Assembly: GCA_965202585.1 (NCBI GenBank)
Contig: OZ241831.1
Location: 31,000,001-31,064,000, forward strand
Origin: Thalia democratica
Taxonomy: Eukaryota
Direction of reading: 5' to 3'
DNA: 64,000 nucleotides
Shown piece by piece: positions 10,701 to 23,931 of the stretch. The notes beneath the pieces were generated by a model. It was not told the DNA's origin. It searched no databases and worked only from the letters and a program-made list of their open reading frames with translations. The translations under genes were made by a program, and so were the position numbers. How positions within the stretch are numbered: the first letter of the stretch is position 1; each line of letters opens with the position of its first letter.

Positions 10701-13700
10701 TTTAAAACGAAATTTATTATCAAGTTGATATAATTTTAAAGCTGTTAAAAAAATGCTATGAAAATAATAATCTTTTAATAAAATTAAGTAAAACTAAAGG
10801 CAAAATTTCAAAAGCATTAACTTGTTTGCAAAAAAAGTCAGCCTAAAATCAAGTATTAATTAATTTCATAAATGATATATAACAGACAAAACTTAGCAAA
10901 CAAATGAGTTTATTGTCGTCAAAAGCGAGAAAAGCGAAAAATTATGTGGAAAGTTTGCAAGATGTAGAAGCTTCTCTTAAAGTAATTTTATTGGTTTTAA
11001 AATTGACAGTTTTAAAATATATTTGCTAGTTTTTCAACCTTTTTCACATTCTAGATTGATATATAAAAGTTTTAGTTTTTTGTTTTGTTGTAATATAGTA
11101 AAAAATTGTAATGAAATTAAAACAAAAAAAGAAAAAAAATGGACATTTTGCTGTTTTACATTCTATATAAATTTATGGTCACGAAGTGCAACAGAATCTT
11201 CAATTGTAACACTTTACACTTGTTTAAAATATTACTGTTGTAAACTAAAAATAGTAGTTTTGAAATCATTTTTTTGACGTAGGCTTTGTGGTAATTTAAG
11301 ACATTTTCTTTTTTAAAAAACAAATAAGATGTTATAAAATATCTTTAGCTTTCCTAAAATTTCAAGATAGTAACTTTTCTTAATGCTAAAACCAAAACTT
11401 TGTCTTTCTGTAAACCAAAACTTTGTCTTTACATTTATTTAAACAAAAACAGAAAAACTCAGAATGCCTAAAGTTAAAAACAACTACATATTTTGACAAT
11501 GTGATGAACTTAATTGAATCAAAGAAGCAAGAATTGTTAAATTTCATTCAAAAAGAAGAAGAAGCTAAAAAGAAAGTTAGTATCTATTTTTTATTTTAAA
11601 AGTTCAGAGTTATTGTACAATATACATGTATAGTTTCTATAAACGTTAGCTAGTTTTTTTTACAAGGTTTTTAAAATTTAAATTAAGCAGATTAGATAAA
11701 TATAAAATAGGTCTTTTCAAATATTAAACTAACTAGTACTAACAAAAGTTTAGCATAAAAAAATTACTTTTATTATTTTATCTAGTTTTTTACCTTTTTA
11801 AAGCTGTAAAAAACTTAAGTTTTTTCCTTACTCTCAAGTATAAATATTACTTTTAATTAATTTTTATTTTTTACATCAATATAGCCTTTCGAGTACCTAC
11901 AACTTTAACAAATTATTTTTTTTAAGTTTAATCTCAATAAAAGTATATTGAGTTTATTATCTTTGTACTACTAATGAGCACACAATGTACAATAAAGTTT
12001 TTTTTTCAAGTTTTGAAGTAGTAAATGTTTTGTGAACTAAATTCATGATAAAAGATAAGTTCATCAAACTAACAGTTGATCAACGAGCAGTTGTTGTCAA
12101 CAACGACCAAACTGAGACAAACCACGGGGCTGTTAGAGTACTGCATCGAAGTAATGAAACAGAACAACTCGGAATCATTCTTACAAGTAAGCTAACTATA
12201 CTGATTTGTCTGTAAGTTTTTATTATTAGCACTAGTTTAAGAAAAAAACATTGTGACTAATTAGTTGGTTATGTCATGTTTTCAAGATTTATTTAAACTT
12301 CATGCTTAAAAGAAAACAGTTTTTTTTTTATAACTAAATGTTTTTATCGCAATTTAAAAAAAAACAGTTTATCAAGTTTATTATTTTATAAAAACGCTTA
12401 AAGGTATCAGCAGACCTGATAGAGAGAGTTGCGTGTCAAACCCACCAGTGGAGTGCGAGTTGTTTGCAGAAGAGAATCAGCAGTGAATTGAACATTGCCC
12501 TCAGAAACCACAGCTTGACCGACGAAATTAACAACATTGAATTTTTCACATTAAAAGGTAAACAAACAAGAATTGAAACTACAAAAATTTTATAAAATCA
12601 AGGATTTTAGTTAACAAGTAGTTTTTTAAACTAAAATGAAAAAAGAAATTAGTTTCAGCAATTCAAAAAATGGTCAACAAATTATTTAAAAAAAAAAAAC
12701 TTTTAGCAATTCCACCTACGCCAGTAGTAGAGGTTAAAAAGTGTTTATCAAGAAACAACTCAGTAACCATCAGTTGGAAAATAAAAAACGACGAAGGTCT
12801 ATGCGACGGATTCAAACTTGAGATTGACGACGGAAACCATGGTCCATTCAGAGTATGTTTATTGAAATAAATTTATTTTCGTTTTCTCCTACGACTTCTC
12901 ATTTTTGTTATGAACATATTTTATTGAGTTTATTAGTAACGTGTACTCAAAATTTTATATTCAATTTTTTTATAATACCGTGGAGAAATAAAAGCTTACA
13001 AAGTACTGTTTAGTTAAAACCATACAAACTTTTCGTTGAAACTTTGTTAACGCAACACCAAACACCAGGAAGTTTACGCCGGCGAGAAGAAGATGTGCAC
13101 AATAGACGGGCTGCACTTCAACAGCATCTACAGGGCGAGGGTGAGGTCGTACAACGTGCACGGAACGAGCAAGAGTAGCAAAGAGGTTCACCTGCAAACC
13201 GCTGAAGGTTCTTATTTCGTTGAAAATGTTGAAATAACTCAAGTGTGGTCACTGTAGTTTGTCTTGGACATAGTGCACTAGTTGATTTTTTAATGAATTT
13301 TCGTTTTCAATTCTAATACTTTTTTTGAAAAAGTACGTACGAATTTTGTCGTTTAATATTAAGTAATAAAAAAAGCAATGAAGTAAATATTAGTGAAAAT
13401 GGTCTTGAATGAGTTGATGCTTAAAAACTTAAACAAAACTATGTATGTTCTAAAAACAAAAAACTTAAAATTTTTTACATTTTAAGGTAATAAGTAAAGA
13501 ACTTTTTTTTTAATGTTTTCTATATTTTTCATTTAAAACAGTTTAAATTAACATTTTAAATACTTAAATAACTTGTGTTAGTCGAAAAACTCTGCATAAC
13601 CTTATATTTATTTATGTTAGTTATATTTCTGTAGTTATAAAATAAAATTCAAGCTAAAGGTTTATATTAAAACCTTCTTATTATAAATTTATAAGTATAA

Positions 13701-16700
13701 CTTATTATGAATTTTTAATTTTAACATTATAAAACTCAGCTAACCATAATCTTGTTACGAAAGTTAATCATAAAAAATATATTTTGATGACAAAAATATG
13801 TTTAGCAATGGGAGAGTTACTATATTTCAAAAGTTTTCAAGTTTTATATTATTTATAATATTATATTCTTCCCCCGCAACTTCCATATGCTTCTTTGTTT
13901 TAAATTAACTCGTGCCAGCAATGCAGGATATGTTTTAATGGCTAGACATAAAAATTACCTTTTTAATACTTTTATCTCCATTTCAATTTATGAGAGTTCG
14001 CCAAGCAAAAAATGTTAGATATAATATAAGAAGAGAAAAGTTCTGAGCCATTTGAATAATAAAAAAGTTTGTTTGAATTAGGTATTATGATATTAATGTT
14101 GCTGTTTTTTTCAGTTGCATGCTTTCAGTTTGACAACAATGTTGCGAAACTGTACGACTGCAAATTCGAAAATAACTTTACAACTTTGACGAGCTTCAAC
14201 TGCAAAACCAAAGTTGTATTTGCCAATGTTGCTTTTTCAAAAGTACGTTTAAGTTATTTGTAAACTTGTTTGTAAAACAAATTTGTATACTTTTTTTAGT
14301 AAGGTATAAAAGTTTGTATAAAAAATCGAACTGTACTAAACTTTAACTCGTAATAAACAAAAATTTAACGCGTTTTAAAAGTTTTTGAAAGTATCGACAA
14401 AAAGAGAGCCTTTATTTCTAAGGTTGCTTTTTCCAAAATACTTTGAAGTTAATGTAATGGCCTGTAAATTTATATATTTAAACTGCTTAATAATATTTAG
14501 AAGTTAAATAAAATAAACAAAATACATTAGAGATAAACTTACAGTTACAATTAAACAAAATTGTTAAATACGTTTTAAGCATTTTCTAAAAATTCAAAAC
14601 TCCGCTGAAGCGAACCTTTTTATTTTAAACAATCATAAATAATTAAAAATCATATTAACTAGACCATATTTAAAACCCATTAGATTTCAAACAAACATTC
14701 AGGGATCGCACTACTGGCAGTTCAAAGTTTTGAAGCTGCCGACGAAAGGAAGCTGTGTCGGGTGCGGTGTTGCTCACTGTGACGTCACAAGGTCGGATCA
14801 CGTGGGTTGTGACGTCAGCAGTTGGGGGGCCGTCTTCACCCAACACCACTGCATTCACAAACACGCGGGAAACATTTTAAACAAGTAGTTTAAACTTTTC
14901 GAAATTTTGTGTTCTATTTGTTGGTATGAGGAAAAGCTTTACGTCACAAGTCTTTTTGATTTTGTATGACATATATTTACAAAAAGTTAAACTATCTGAT
15001 AGTTTTGGCGTGCATTTTTATGATGAGAGTTGGGAGTAATAAAATTTCTAAATATTTTAAACAAAAAGATTATTATAATATCGAAATTTCGAGTTCTAAT
15101 GTTGAAACAAATAAAGTTCTACATCAATCTAAAGTCACAATAACTGTGTTTTTTTACATGTTCTTAAACTTAATAAAAATTTTAGCACGCATATTTATAG
15201 TAAAAATAAAAACATTTCTGGAAAATTTTGTTGTAAATTGTCTAAAAAAAACAAGGATTAAATATACAGTCTTAGACTTTTTTAAATTTTTACAAAATAA
15301 TTGCAATTAGAGTTAAATTAACATAATGTTTAATGAAACAAAAACGTGGCGTTAAGATAAAATAACATTATAACATAGAAATTTATTTAAGCATTTACTA
15401 AACTAGTAACATATTAAAATATTTTATTTACTTTATTGTAAACTTCTTATTTTTGTAAACGCAATAGTAACAAAATTTTACACAGCTCTTTGATTTGTTA
15501 TAATTATCAAAGCTTTGAATAGATTTGTCTCACTAAAAGTAAAAATTAAAAGAACATTCACTTTCAACTAAATAAATACGTATAATTTATTTTTGTTAGT
15601 CACAAGTTCTTAACTAAACATTGTTGCTACGGGTTTGATTTAAAACCATATGTTACAAGTGTTGCCCGCAACATCTGATTTTAACTTAAACTACAAATTG
15701 AATTAAATCAAACATGTTGTGCAGCTGTAAGTAGCGCGAATAACGCTTGAAACTTTTACTTCAATCGATAACTTGGTTTGAATTTTAAAGAAATGTCTCT
15801 CTGCTATTTTAAACGCGTATTTATTGAGAACTGACTTGTTAAAAATTATAACACAAAATACTTTGATTTTAACTGTTTCAGATTTGAAACAGGAATAAAA
15901 GTCGGATCGGTGATAGGGATGTTTCTGCACTTTGCATCTAAAACACTGACAGTTTTCAACGACGGAATGCAGCAGGGAGACCCTATAAGCATTTATAACC
16001 AAAATGAAAGACTGGAAAGCAAAATTTACTATCCTGTCATCAGTTTGAACAAGAGTACACAGGTTTTTATTTTTGATAATTATGAAAATTATCTACATGA
16101 TTTAACAATTATAGGTTTTAAAATGCGAATAAAGCTTATTAAACATGTTTATTTTAAACTGTTTCATTTAAAAACAAAATTAGTTTAGTTTGTATATTTA
16201 AGGTTTGTTTTATACAACTAAAACAAAAGAATTTCTAGAAGTTTAGGTAACAGTTATATATTTATGTAGTTGTTACAGTTTTTTAGACTTGATAACCTGC
16301 TAACAATTTTTAATTCAAGATATTATATTAATTCTTATTACTTATTAATATATTTGTGTCATTTTCTCATTTATTTTTATGAATAGATAAGACACACATC
16401 TTGTCTTATTTACCATTAATAATACTATATCTCTTGTACAACAAAAATCAACCAGTACTTTTTATTTTAAAAGAGATACTATCTAATTCAAGATATTCTT
16501 TACAAATTTTAAGTAGCTTAAACTAGTTCGACTTTGACGGTTAATCATAAAAGCTTTGTGAATGCTTCAACGTTTTCTATTTGTTTGAATAATACACCAA
16601 CATAATTCAAAACAATTAACAGGTGACACTTCAGACTGGCATGGTGTGCCCTCAAAGTCACATTTCAATGCCTCAACACCAAATTTTTCATCAAAAACAA

Positions 16701-16712
16701 ATAAGCTCGTGA
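7667..16712 (+). CDS. TRIM9: TRIM9/TRIM67-family E3 ubiquitin ligase, 12 coding exons, about 773 aa
   Basis: Exons 7667-7783, 8299-9153, 10886-10981, 11453-11575, 12076-12186, 12404-12557, 12707-12852, 13069-13207, 14115-14242, 14703-14884, 15882-16062, 16623-16712; all GT-AG and phase-compatible. Diagnostic matches: KLRQTTGLLEYCIEV, EIDDGNHGPFR, MCTIDGLHFNS, SLNKSTQVTLQTG. TRIM9 and TRIM67 cannot be separated by eye. Confidence 0.9.
8299..9153 (+). CDS. TRIM9: TRIM9-like exon 2 (RING insert and C-terminal part, B-box1, B-box2)
   Basis: DSGYSQS, TCPSC..LDDRG, CEMC..C..C..C..C..HP.KGPLAAH, CAKH..C..C..C..C.HEH; acceptor tttag, donor gtttgt. Confidence 0.92.
9560..9930. promoter_or_regulatory. 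Candidate intronic enhancer (CpG-containing island with E-boxes)
   Basis: GC/CpG-richer non-coding patch in TRIM9 intron 2: CAGGTG 9658, CAGATG 9799 and 9915, TAATTA 9677, GTAAACA 9711. Confidence 0.35.
10886..10981 (+). CDS. TRIM9: TRIM9-like exon 3 (coiled coil)
   Basis: TKLSKQMSLLSSKARKAKNYVESLQDVEASLK; aacag/gtaatt. Confidence 0.85.
11453..11575 (+). CDS. TRIM9: TRIM9-like exon 4 (coiled coil)
   Basis: KNSECLKLKTTTYFDNVMNLIESKKQELLNFIQKEEEAKKK; aacag/gttagt. Confidence 0.85.
12076..12186 (+). CDS. TRIM9: TRIM9-like exon 5 (coiled coil)
   Basis: LINEQLLSTTTKLRQTTGLLEYCIEVMKQNNSESFLQ; aacag/gtaagc. Confidence 0.92.
12404..12557 (+). CDS. TRIM9: TRIM9-like exon 6 (COS box)
   Basis: VSADLIERVACQTHQW...EINNIEFFTLK; taaag/gtaaac. 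Confidence 0.87.
12707..12852 (+). CDS. TRIM9: TRIM9-like exon 7 (FN3, first half)
   Basis: IPPTP...NNSVTISWK...GFKLEIDDGNHGPFR; tttag/gtatgt. Confidence 0.92.
13069..13207 (+). CDS. TRIM9: TRIM9-like exon 8 (FN3, second half)
   Basis: EVYAGEKKMCTIDGLHFNSIYRARVRSYNVHGTS...LQTAE; accag/gttctt. Confidence 0.93.
14115..14242 (+). CDS. TRIM9: TRIM9-like exon 9 (SPRY start)
   Basis: VACFQFD...VVFANVAFSK; ttcag/gtacgt. Confidence 0.88.
14703..14884 (+). CDS. TRIM9: TRIM9-like exon 10 (SPRY)
   Basis: GSHYWQFKV...GCGVAH...VGCDVSSWG; ttcag/gtagtt. Confidence 0.88.
15882..16062 (+). CDS. TRIM9: TRIM9-like exon 11 (SPRY)
   Basis: FETGIKVGSVIGMFL...YYPVISLNKSTQ; ttcag/gttttt. Confidence 0.9.
16623..16712 (+). 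CDS. TRIM9: TRIM9-like exon 12 (terminal)
   Basis: VTLQTGMVCPQSHISMPQHQIFHQKQISS, stop TGA. Confidence 0.87.
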   Translation: MTLQTGMVCPQSHISMPQHQIFHQKQISS

Positions 16713-19457
16713 AATTAAAATAAAACAAAACTTTAAAAGATAATTTAGCTTGAGCCACTTTTGAAACAAAAGTTTATTTTTTGCACCAAGATTTTAGGAA
16801 ATGTTATCGATTAAGTTTCGATCAGTGAAAAGGGGGCGAGCAACGAATGTAACGTGCAAAGTGCTTGAGCGAACCTTTACTGTTTAAAATGTTTTTACAT
16901 TTTGCATTTCATTTCTAATCGATTTACCTTTGTATGTCTTTTTTGTGTGTTATGTTTGGTAAGGAGTAACTGAATGTTTGTTTTCTAATATTCGTTTTAA
17001 TAAAATTACAAACTTAAAATAAAAGTTCTTACTTAAAAAAGTACTTTAGTTATCAAAGCAATCGAATTTTATACTTTTTAAGTACAGTATTTCAACTTGA
17101 AGAAACCTTAAATAAATTTTACAAAAAGGAATAACTTTTGTACTATTATTAACTTAAAATATTTTATCATCAAACAAACACCTTATAAAAGTATAACTAT
17201 ATTGTTTTTAATCTAACAATCTAGTTTTGATTATGCTAATAAAGTTCTAGTTAAAACTTTATTTATATAAATATATAAAAAGACAGATGTTTTGTAATAA
17301 AAAATACGTAAATAAAGCTCCAATTATGTACTTCAATACTGCTTCTTATTATAAATTTTTTTTTTAGTTAAAAGAATGTTAGAAAAAATCAAAAACTTTT
17401 TGTTGCATAATAACTAAAATGAACCAAAAAATTACTTTGTTTGTGTAATTTGCAGTATTTACACCATTTCTTTGGATTTTAAAAAGACTAGATTAAAATT
17501 TTTGTATTTTTACATTTTAAGATTTTTAAATTTAAACTGTTAGGAATATGCAGACTATGGTTTGAAATAAATGGCTAGCAATTAAAACCTATAAAGTTAA
17601 ACTTAATTAATTATTTTTTTTTAGATAAGTTAAACTAGTTAAACCTAGTCTACCTAAATCAAAATGGTTTTGATCAAGCTTAAAAACATAATAAGAGCTA
17701 GATCTTTATAAACGCTTTTATATTATATATAACTTGACTAATATAAAGCGGTGGTTTTCTGACAACGTTTAAAAAATATTTTCTTTACATACGAATTTCA
17801 TACACAGTTTTAACGTTTTTTATTAATTATATTCTTTAATGAAATAATTCAATCAATTAAAGTTTTAACATAATTTAAAGGTCACTTTACCTAAAAATTT
17901 AGAAAATTTAAATATTTTATATTAAGTTAGCTTTGTCACTGGTAGCTTATTTTTCTTAAGAACTTTTTCAGTTGGCGAACGGTTCGAACGATGGCAAACC
18001 ATATTTTTAAGAAGAAATCTTTGGCGGATAACTTGCTTTTAAAAACTTATTCTATGATAAGTCTAAAACATTTAATTAGTAAATCAATTGGTAAGCAATA
18101 ATATGTCTTTTAAAACTGTATTGACAGCTTTAAAAAAATATTGTTAAATTATGATTATTGTTAGTTTTGCGCGAGCTGTTTTCAAGATAGAAAATACGTT
18201 GCGGGCCGTAAGTTAGCCAGCCCTAAGAAAAGACTGAATAAATTTTGATGCGAGATAAAATAACATAAATTTTTTTAAAATAATTTATTAAGAAAACTTT
18301 CAAACTTACAACTATGCTACCAAAATTATGTCTTTTTACTTTAAATGTATATAAAAGTTTGACTTGTATTTTAAATGCTTAAAGTATCCACTGGCTAGTA
18401 TAAAGCTCATAGTTTATAATTATATTCGAAGAAAATCGCCCATAATCTCTTCTACCACTAATAAAGCAACTAAAAAACATGCATTTTTGTACATCTTTGT
18501 TAAATTACAATTGAAAATAGGTATAAATAACAATAAAAAACTAAATAAATTGCAAAATACTTCATAACAATGTGGAAATTCGTTTTAACAAAATAAATTA
18601 GACTGAACTTTGTTTTTATGAATGTAAGTTTGTTAGAGAACACTTTAAAACACAAATAAATGTTAGATATTTTTATTAAGCTAGTTTAGCAACACCTTTT
18701 GAGAGATATTTTGAATCTGAGATTTAGTTTAGGCAGTTAAATCTAATTTTATACCAGACAAAATTTTGTTTTAAGAAATAATTCATAATTCTATATTAAT
18801 TAGGTAGCATATATGTACTGTTGGTTGTCTGTTATAAACTATATCAAAGCACAGGTTTCTTAAAACTGTATTTAAAAAATTAAGTCATTCAATTGTTCAG
18901 TTTTAAAATGTTAATTTTGTTATTTACTTTGATTACAAAAATAAAATTATTAGTCGAGTATATACATACCCCACTGAATAAGTTATACCTTAAAACCAAA
19001 AATCTATACACTAGTCAATTATGCTACCCAACTTGATTAATTAATGTTTGTTAAAACTAGTATAAGGATATCATCAGAATAGGTTTAACTTATTTTTAAA
19101 GTTCTTAAATTTCAAAGTTTTTTACAGCTTCACTTTGAATTTTTTATTTTTTCAAAATAAGTAAACATATGATATGAATATAATAAAGATCTTATTTAGT
19201 ACCACCATACAAATTTTAGTTACCATAAGAACTTTTATTCCTCTATTAATTAAATTTGATTGCTTTGATCAGTAATTTTTAAAAAACAGTGTTTTGTAAA
19301 ACCTAACCTATGATATCCTAAATTCAAAATATTAGCTATACATAAAGAATAATATTTTTAATCATTATAAAATAAAGGTCTTTTCTATAAACATTTTACT
19401 TATTAAAGTAATTTGTGTTTGTTAATACTTATAAGATTAATATTGTTCTTCCTAGAA

Positions 19458-19783
19458 CAGGGATCTGTAGCTTTTAGTAAGTCGCGGGCCAATTTTCCTG
19501 AAAAAAAGTGCACATGGCTTGCATTGTAGAAAAAAAAACTTTGCTGGCCGCTGTTATTTTAAAACGATTGTAGTAATCACAACAAAACTACACTTCGAAG
19601 CAAAAATTGATAACATAAGCAATAACAAAGCACTATTAAATACTAATACTTTGATTTAGAGCCTAATTGTAAATTACTAACGTAAAAAATATTTTTATTG
19701 GTTTCTAAAAGTAAGTTTTGAGCTAAAAAGTACCTCGTTGGCTGCAGACTTAGGCTTTAAGGGCGGCAGTTTGCTGACCCCTG
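19458..19783. mobile_element. hAT-type MITE (degenerate)
   Basis: Ends cagggatctg...ctgacccctg; flanks tcctagaa/ccctagaa (7/8 TSD). Reverse-orientation relative of 42990-43342. Confidence 0.8.
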
Positions 19784-21929
19784 CCCTAGAACTTAAAAAC
19801 TTGAAAAAAAAAATTTTTAACTATGCTTAAACTTATATAAAAAATTAGCATTATGTTTAACAGTTTTATATTGTAAGTTAGGTTTAGCTGATTTAAATAA
19901 ACTGTTGTAACATAATGTTTTACAATTTCTTTTTATATTAGTTTTGTTTTAATTTTATTTAGGCTTAACTTTACAAAACTTTTGAATAAAGTCAAGTTTG
20001 TTTAAAAAAAAATTCTTTTAGTAGCTTTCGTTCAAGTTTCATTTTCTTTAAACTATTTTTATTCTTGTTTAAAACTAGTTGTGATAATTTATTTAACTTT
20101 ATTTTAGTTATATTTAATTAAGTTATACTTATAAACTTATATACTTTACTCATATTCTATACATTTTTAGGTCAAAATTATCTTAATTATAAATTATTTA
20201 TTAATTATAAATAAGTACACCCACGTAAAATTTCCGCGAAGACAAAACTACAAGTCTGACACCTACACCTATAACATTGAATATATGGAATTATGTTAAG
20301 TGTAAGTTAAGATTTGAGTATTTTATTAATAGTTTAAAAATATTAAAAACTGACTAAAAAAAATTCTCAGATAAAGTTTTTTTTTCTTAAAGTTTTTAAC
20401 TTTTTCATAATAAATCTATTTTATTTAATGTTTGTAACTTTTTTAATTAGTTAATTTGCAAACTGTAGTCTAAAACTTAGTGAAACCATGTAGAAAAAAT
20501 ATTAGAAAACTAAAAAACATTAAGTTAAGTATTTTAAAATAAAGGTTACGTTTCTTTATTTATTTTGATATGAATGCTATCAAAAAGTATACAAAAGTAG
20601 AAGTATATGTTGATTGTTAACCCTAAGCTAAAAACGCCTCAGGGGCTAATTGTGCTGCACAAGTGTATATTAAAGCTGATTTTGGCTATAATTGCCAAAT
20701 TGTTTGTTTAATTTTAAAATCAAATTTTGTTTACTTTTTCAAGATATTGTAATCTTAAGTTTTAAGTAAAATAGTATCGCGTTAACGGAACTATAAAAAC
20801 TATATTAATTATTTTATAAATGTTATAACATTTAACCTTTTTTGATTTTTTTTTAAACTGAAAATTTACTTTGTACTGTAAAATTTTCCATAGTGTCCCT
20901 TAAGTGTTTCCAGTTTAAATTTTTAAAATATATTTTTTTTTTAAGACTTAAAGATACTTAACACCAAAATTTTATCTTTAACTTGTATTTTACGCTGATT
21001 ATGTCATTTCAACCATTAACAACTTAAGTTTTTCCACACAGAATAATTTTTTATATTTTGAAAATTACTAATATCTTAATTATAAACTTAAACTAAAACT
21101 TACTATAAAGTTTACCATTATTTAGTTTATTCTGTTTTTAAACACCTTTATATAAATATTAGTTTTTATTACTATAATCTAAAAGCGTTTTAAATAATTC
21201 AAAATCCAAATAACAATTAATTTTTTTGTTATTATATTTTATTTAAAATTATTATTTTATACAGTTTATGTATTAACAACTTTTTTCTTATTTTCTTAGT
21301 TTTCTTGTTTGTATATTTTTTTAGTTTGAATAAAAACCGAACAACCGTAGCTGATGTACAAACATTTACACTCCGTAATTTTGTTAAAAACAATATAATC
21401 AATTTATGTTTTTAAATATTTAATTTAAAATAATTTAACTGTGTTATGTTATGTAGTTGAATACTTTAAAACTTTTTCAACTATTTTTGCAATCTGTGTT
21501 TCAAACAAAAATTCACGTTTTTTTCTTTAAAAACCAAACTAAGTTGAAGTTTATAAGAAATGTAGCGATAAGATTTCTAAACATTAAAAGCAAATATATT
21601 TGTTAAGAATATTTAATCAACTATATGGTCTTTTTATTAATACTTTTGTTATAAAAATGCTTTTACATAAAAATGGTTAAATTTTTACGTATTTAACCAA
21701 ACTTCTATATATAATTAAAGTTTAGTCATTATAATTTCAGCTTATCAATCACTTTTTGATTTATATATTGTATATCTTAGTATATTTTGTCAAAACTAAA
21801 CGCATCTTTAAAATACAACGCACAACCGCTAGAATTAAATAAACTTTTATAAGAATAACTGTGTTTTAGAGATTTTTTTTTAATTTAAATGTATCTTAAA
21901 TTTTTCTACAACTAAAGTATTTAAAAAAG

Positions 21930-22140
21930 AATTAACTTGAACTATATTAAAACTATCAATATAATTTTGAACATTAAATGATTTTTTTTTATTATTAATA
22001 TCGTTTTTTTAAATCTAGTTGTATCTCAAACTTTTTTACAACTTTAACTATAAAAAAAAACTAACTTTAACTATGCCAAAACTATCAATAAATTTTCAAC
22101 TACATATAATGATATTTTTTTTTATATTATTAATATCATG
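21930..22140. repeat. Diverged tandem duplication, period about 130 bp
   Basis: aaaactatcaata...aatgat(a)ttttttt...attattaatatc occurs twice. Confidence 0.7.
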
Positions 22141-23913
22141 TTGCATGAAGTTTAAATATATGTTATTATAGTTCTAACAACGTGTTATCGCAAAAATAAA
22201 AAAGCTGTACCAACATACATTTGAATAAATTGGTTTACCTTTTTCATAGAGTTACGTTTTAAAACAAGTCTTTTTAAAACAAGTTTTAAACAAGTTTTAA
22301 ATTGTGTTTTATTGAATTCTGATAAAGATTTTTATGTAAATGATTTTAAAGAATTTTTGAAATTGCAACACTTCAATACTGTTTTTAATTCTTAATCTTT
22401 GATTATTAACAATACTCTTTGTTTTCTTTTTAATATATATTAAAGTATTTTTACGTTACACTTAAAATTCAGTTTACATTTAAAACAATGGTTTTAAAAT
22501 GTGTTAATAACGCGTTCTTTTAGTTTTGTACTAAACTTTTGACTGCAGAATCGATTCAAATAAGTTATATTTTGAATATGAATGTTTTCAAGTTCTTATT
22601 ATTTTTTACTTTGTTTTATTATATATAATGCTAAATCTGAATTTAATCTAAAATTTTGAATAATATTAATTTTATAGACACGCCATCTCAAAGTTAAAAG
22701 TATCTTAAACAATATAAGTTTAAACTTTTTTTTAATATAATATTACAAAATTTATAATATAATTTTCAGCCTCGGTCGAATGATTGCAGCTAAGTAATTA
22801 TTTGGCCGTTGTTTTTAAATGTTTATAAGGAATTTAAAACATAATAAATTTTTAGTTATGTTAGTTAAATTTTACAAATATGTTTTTTGTTTGAGTTTAA
22901 GTATTAAAAGGGAAATTATGCTTTTATTAACAGTTTATTATGTTCAAATGTTTAGAGTTTTAAAAACCAAGTGTTTATACAATGTTATAAAAAAAACTGA
23001 AATGACACGGTCAGTAAAGACTTTCAAATAAACTAAAAAAAAACGATATCTAATATATTTGAAAACTCCAGTCGCTAAGACACATACAGTGTATAGTAAA
23101 TAATAAAAACCTGCTCGTTGCTTAACAAAGTTAAGTATTTCAATAACATTGCGCTAACTGTTAAATTATGCTATTATTTGATTAGCGTTAAGACTAGGTG
23201 GTCAATATAATTAACACTAAAAATTAGGAACTTTATAATTTTTAAGAATAATTAATAAACTTCTGTTTAAGGTTTTTTTATTTATAAAGTATTTTAATTG
23301 ACGCAGCAATTTTTATTTTAATTTTAAACAACAGAAATACAACCACCTTATATAAATAAATATTAATTGCTTAGAACACAAAACTTTTTTCAAATACATA
23401 TTCGGTAAGCACTAAATATAGAGGATGGCTTTTATTAAAGCACATAAAAAAGTTTATCAGACTAGATTTGTTGGATATTTGATAATTCTTATAAATTTCT
23501 GAAAATATATTTTTTACTTAAGTTTTACTTATAATTTCGTTCAAAAGTTTAAAATCTTTTTAGTCTAAATCAAAAAATAAAACTCTTTGTATGTTAATGT
23601 ATTAAAAAGTAGTTATAACTTTTTTTTATATATGAGGGTTTAAGAGCTTTTTATAAACAAAGGACCCGTTTTTCCATAAAAAGTTGATTCCGGTCCGCAC
23701 TGAAAAAAAAAATGTTTTTTTGCAGGTCGTATTTTTTTTAAGTGATACAGCAATCAAAAAATAAAGTTGGCAAAAGTAATAAAATATACAGCGACAAAGT
23801 ACTAGAACGTGCTAGTTATCAGCTTATGAGCCTATTTGTAATATTTTACCGCGAAAGTTTTTTTTCAAGTTTTAAATAAAATTAAATTAATAGTACAACG
23901 CAGTTTTCGTTTT

Positions 23914-23931
23914 GCAGTTTGCCGATCCCTA
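23914..23931. mobile_element. Degenerate end of the hAT MITE family
   Basis: gcagtttgccgatccct versus family end gcagtttgccgacccctg. No left end located. Confidence 0.4.
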
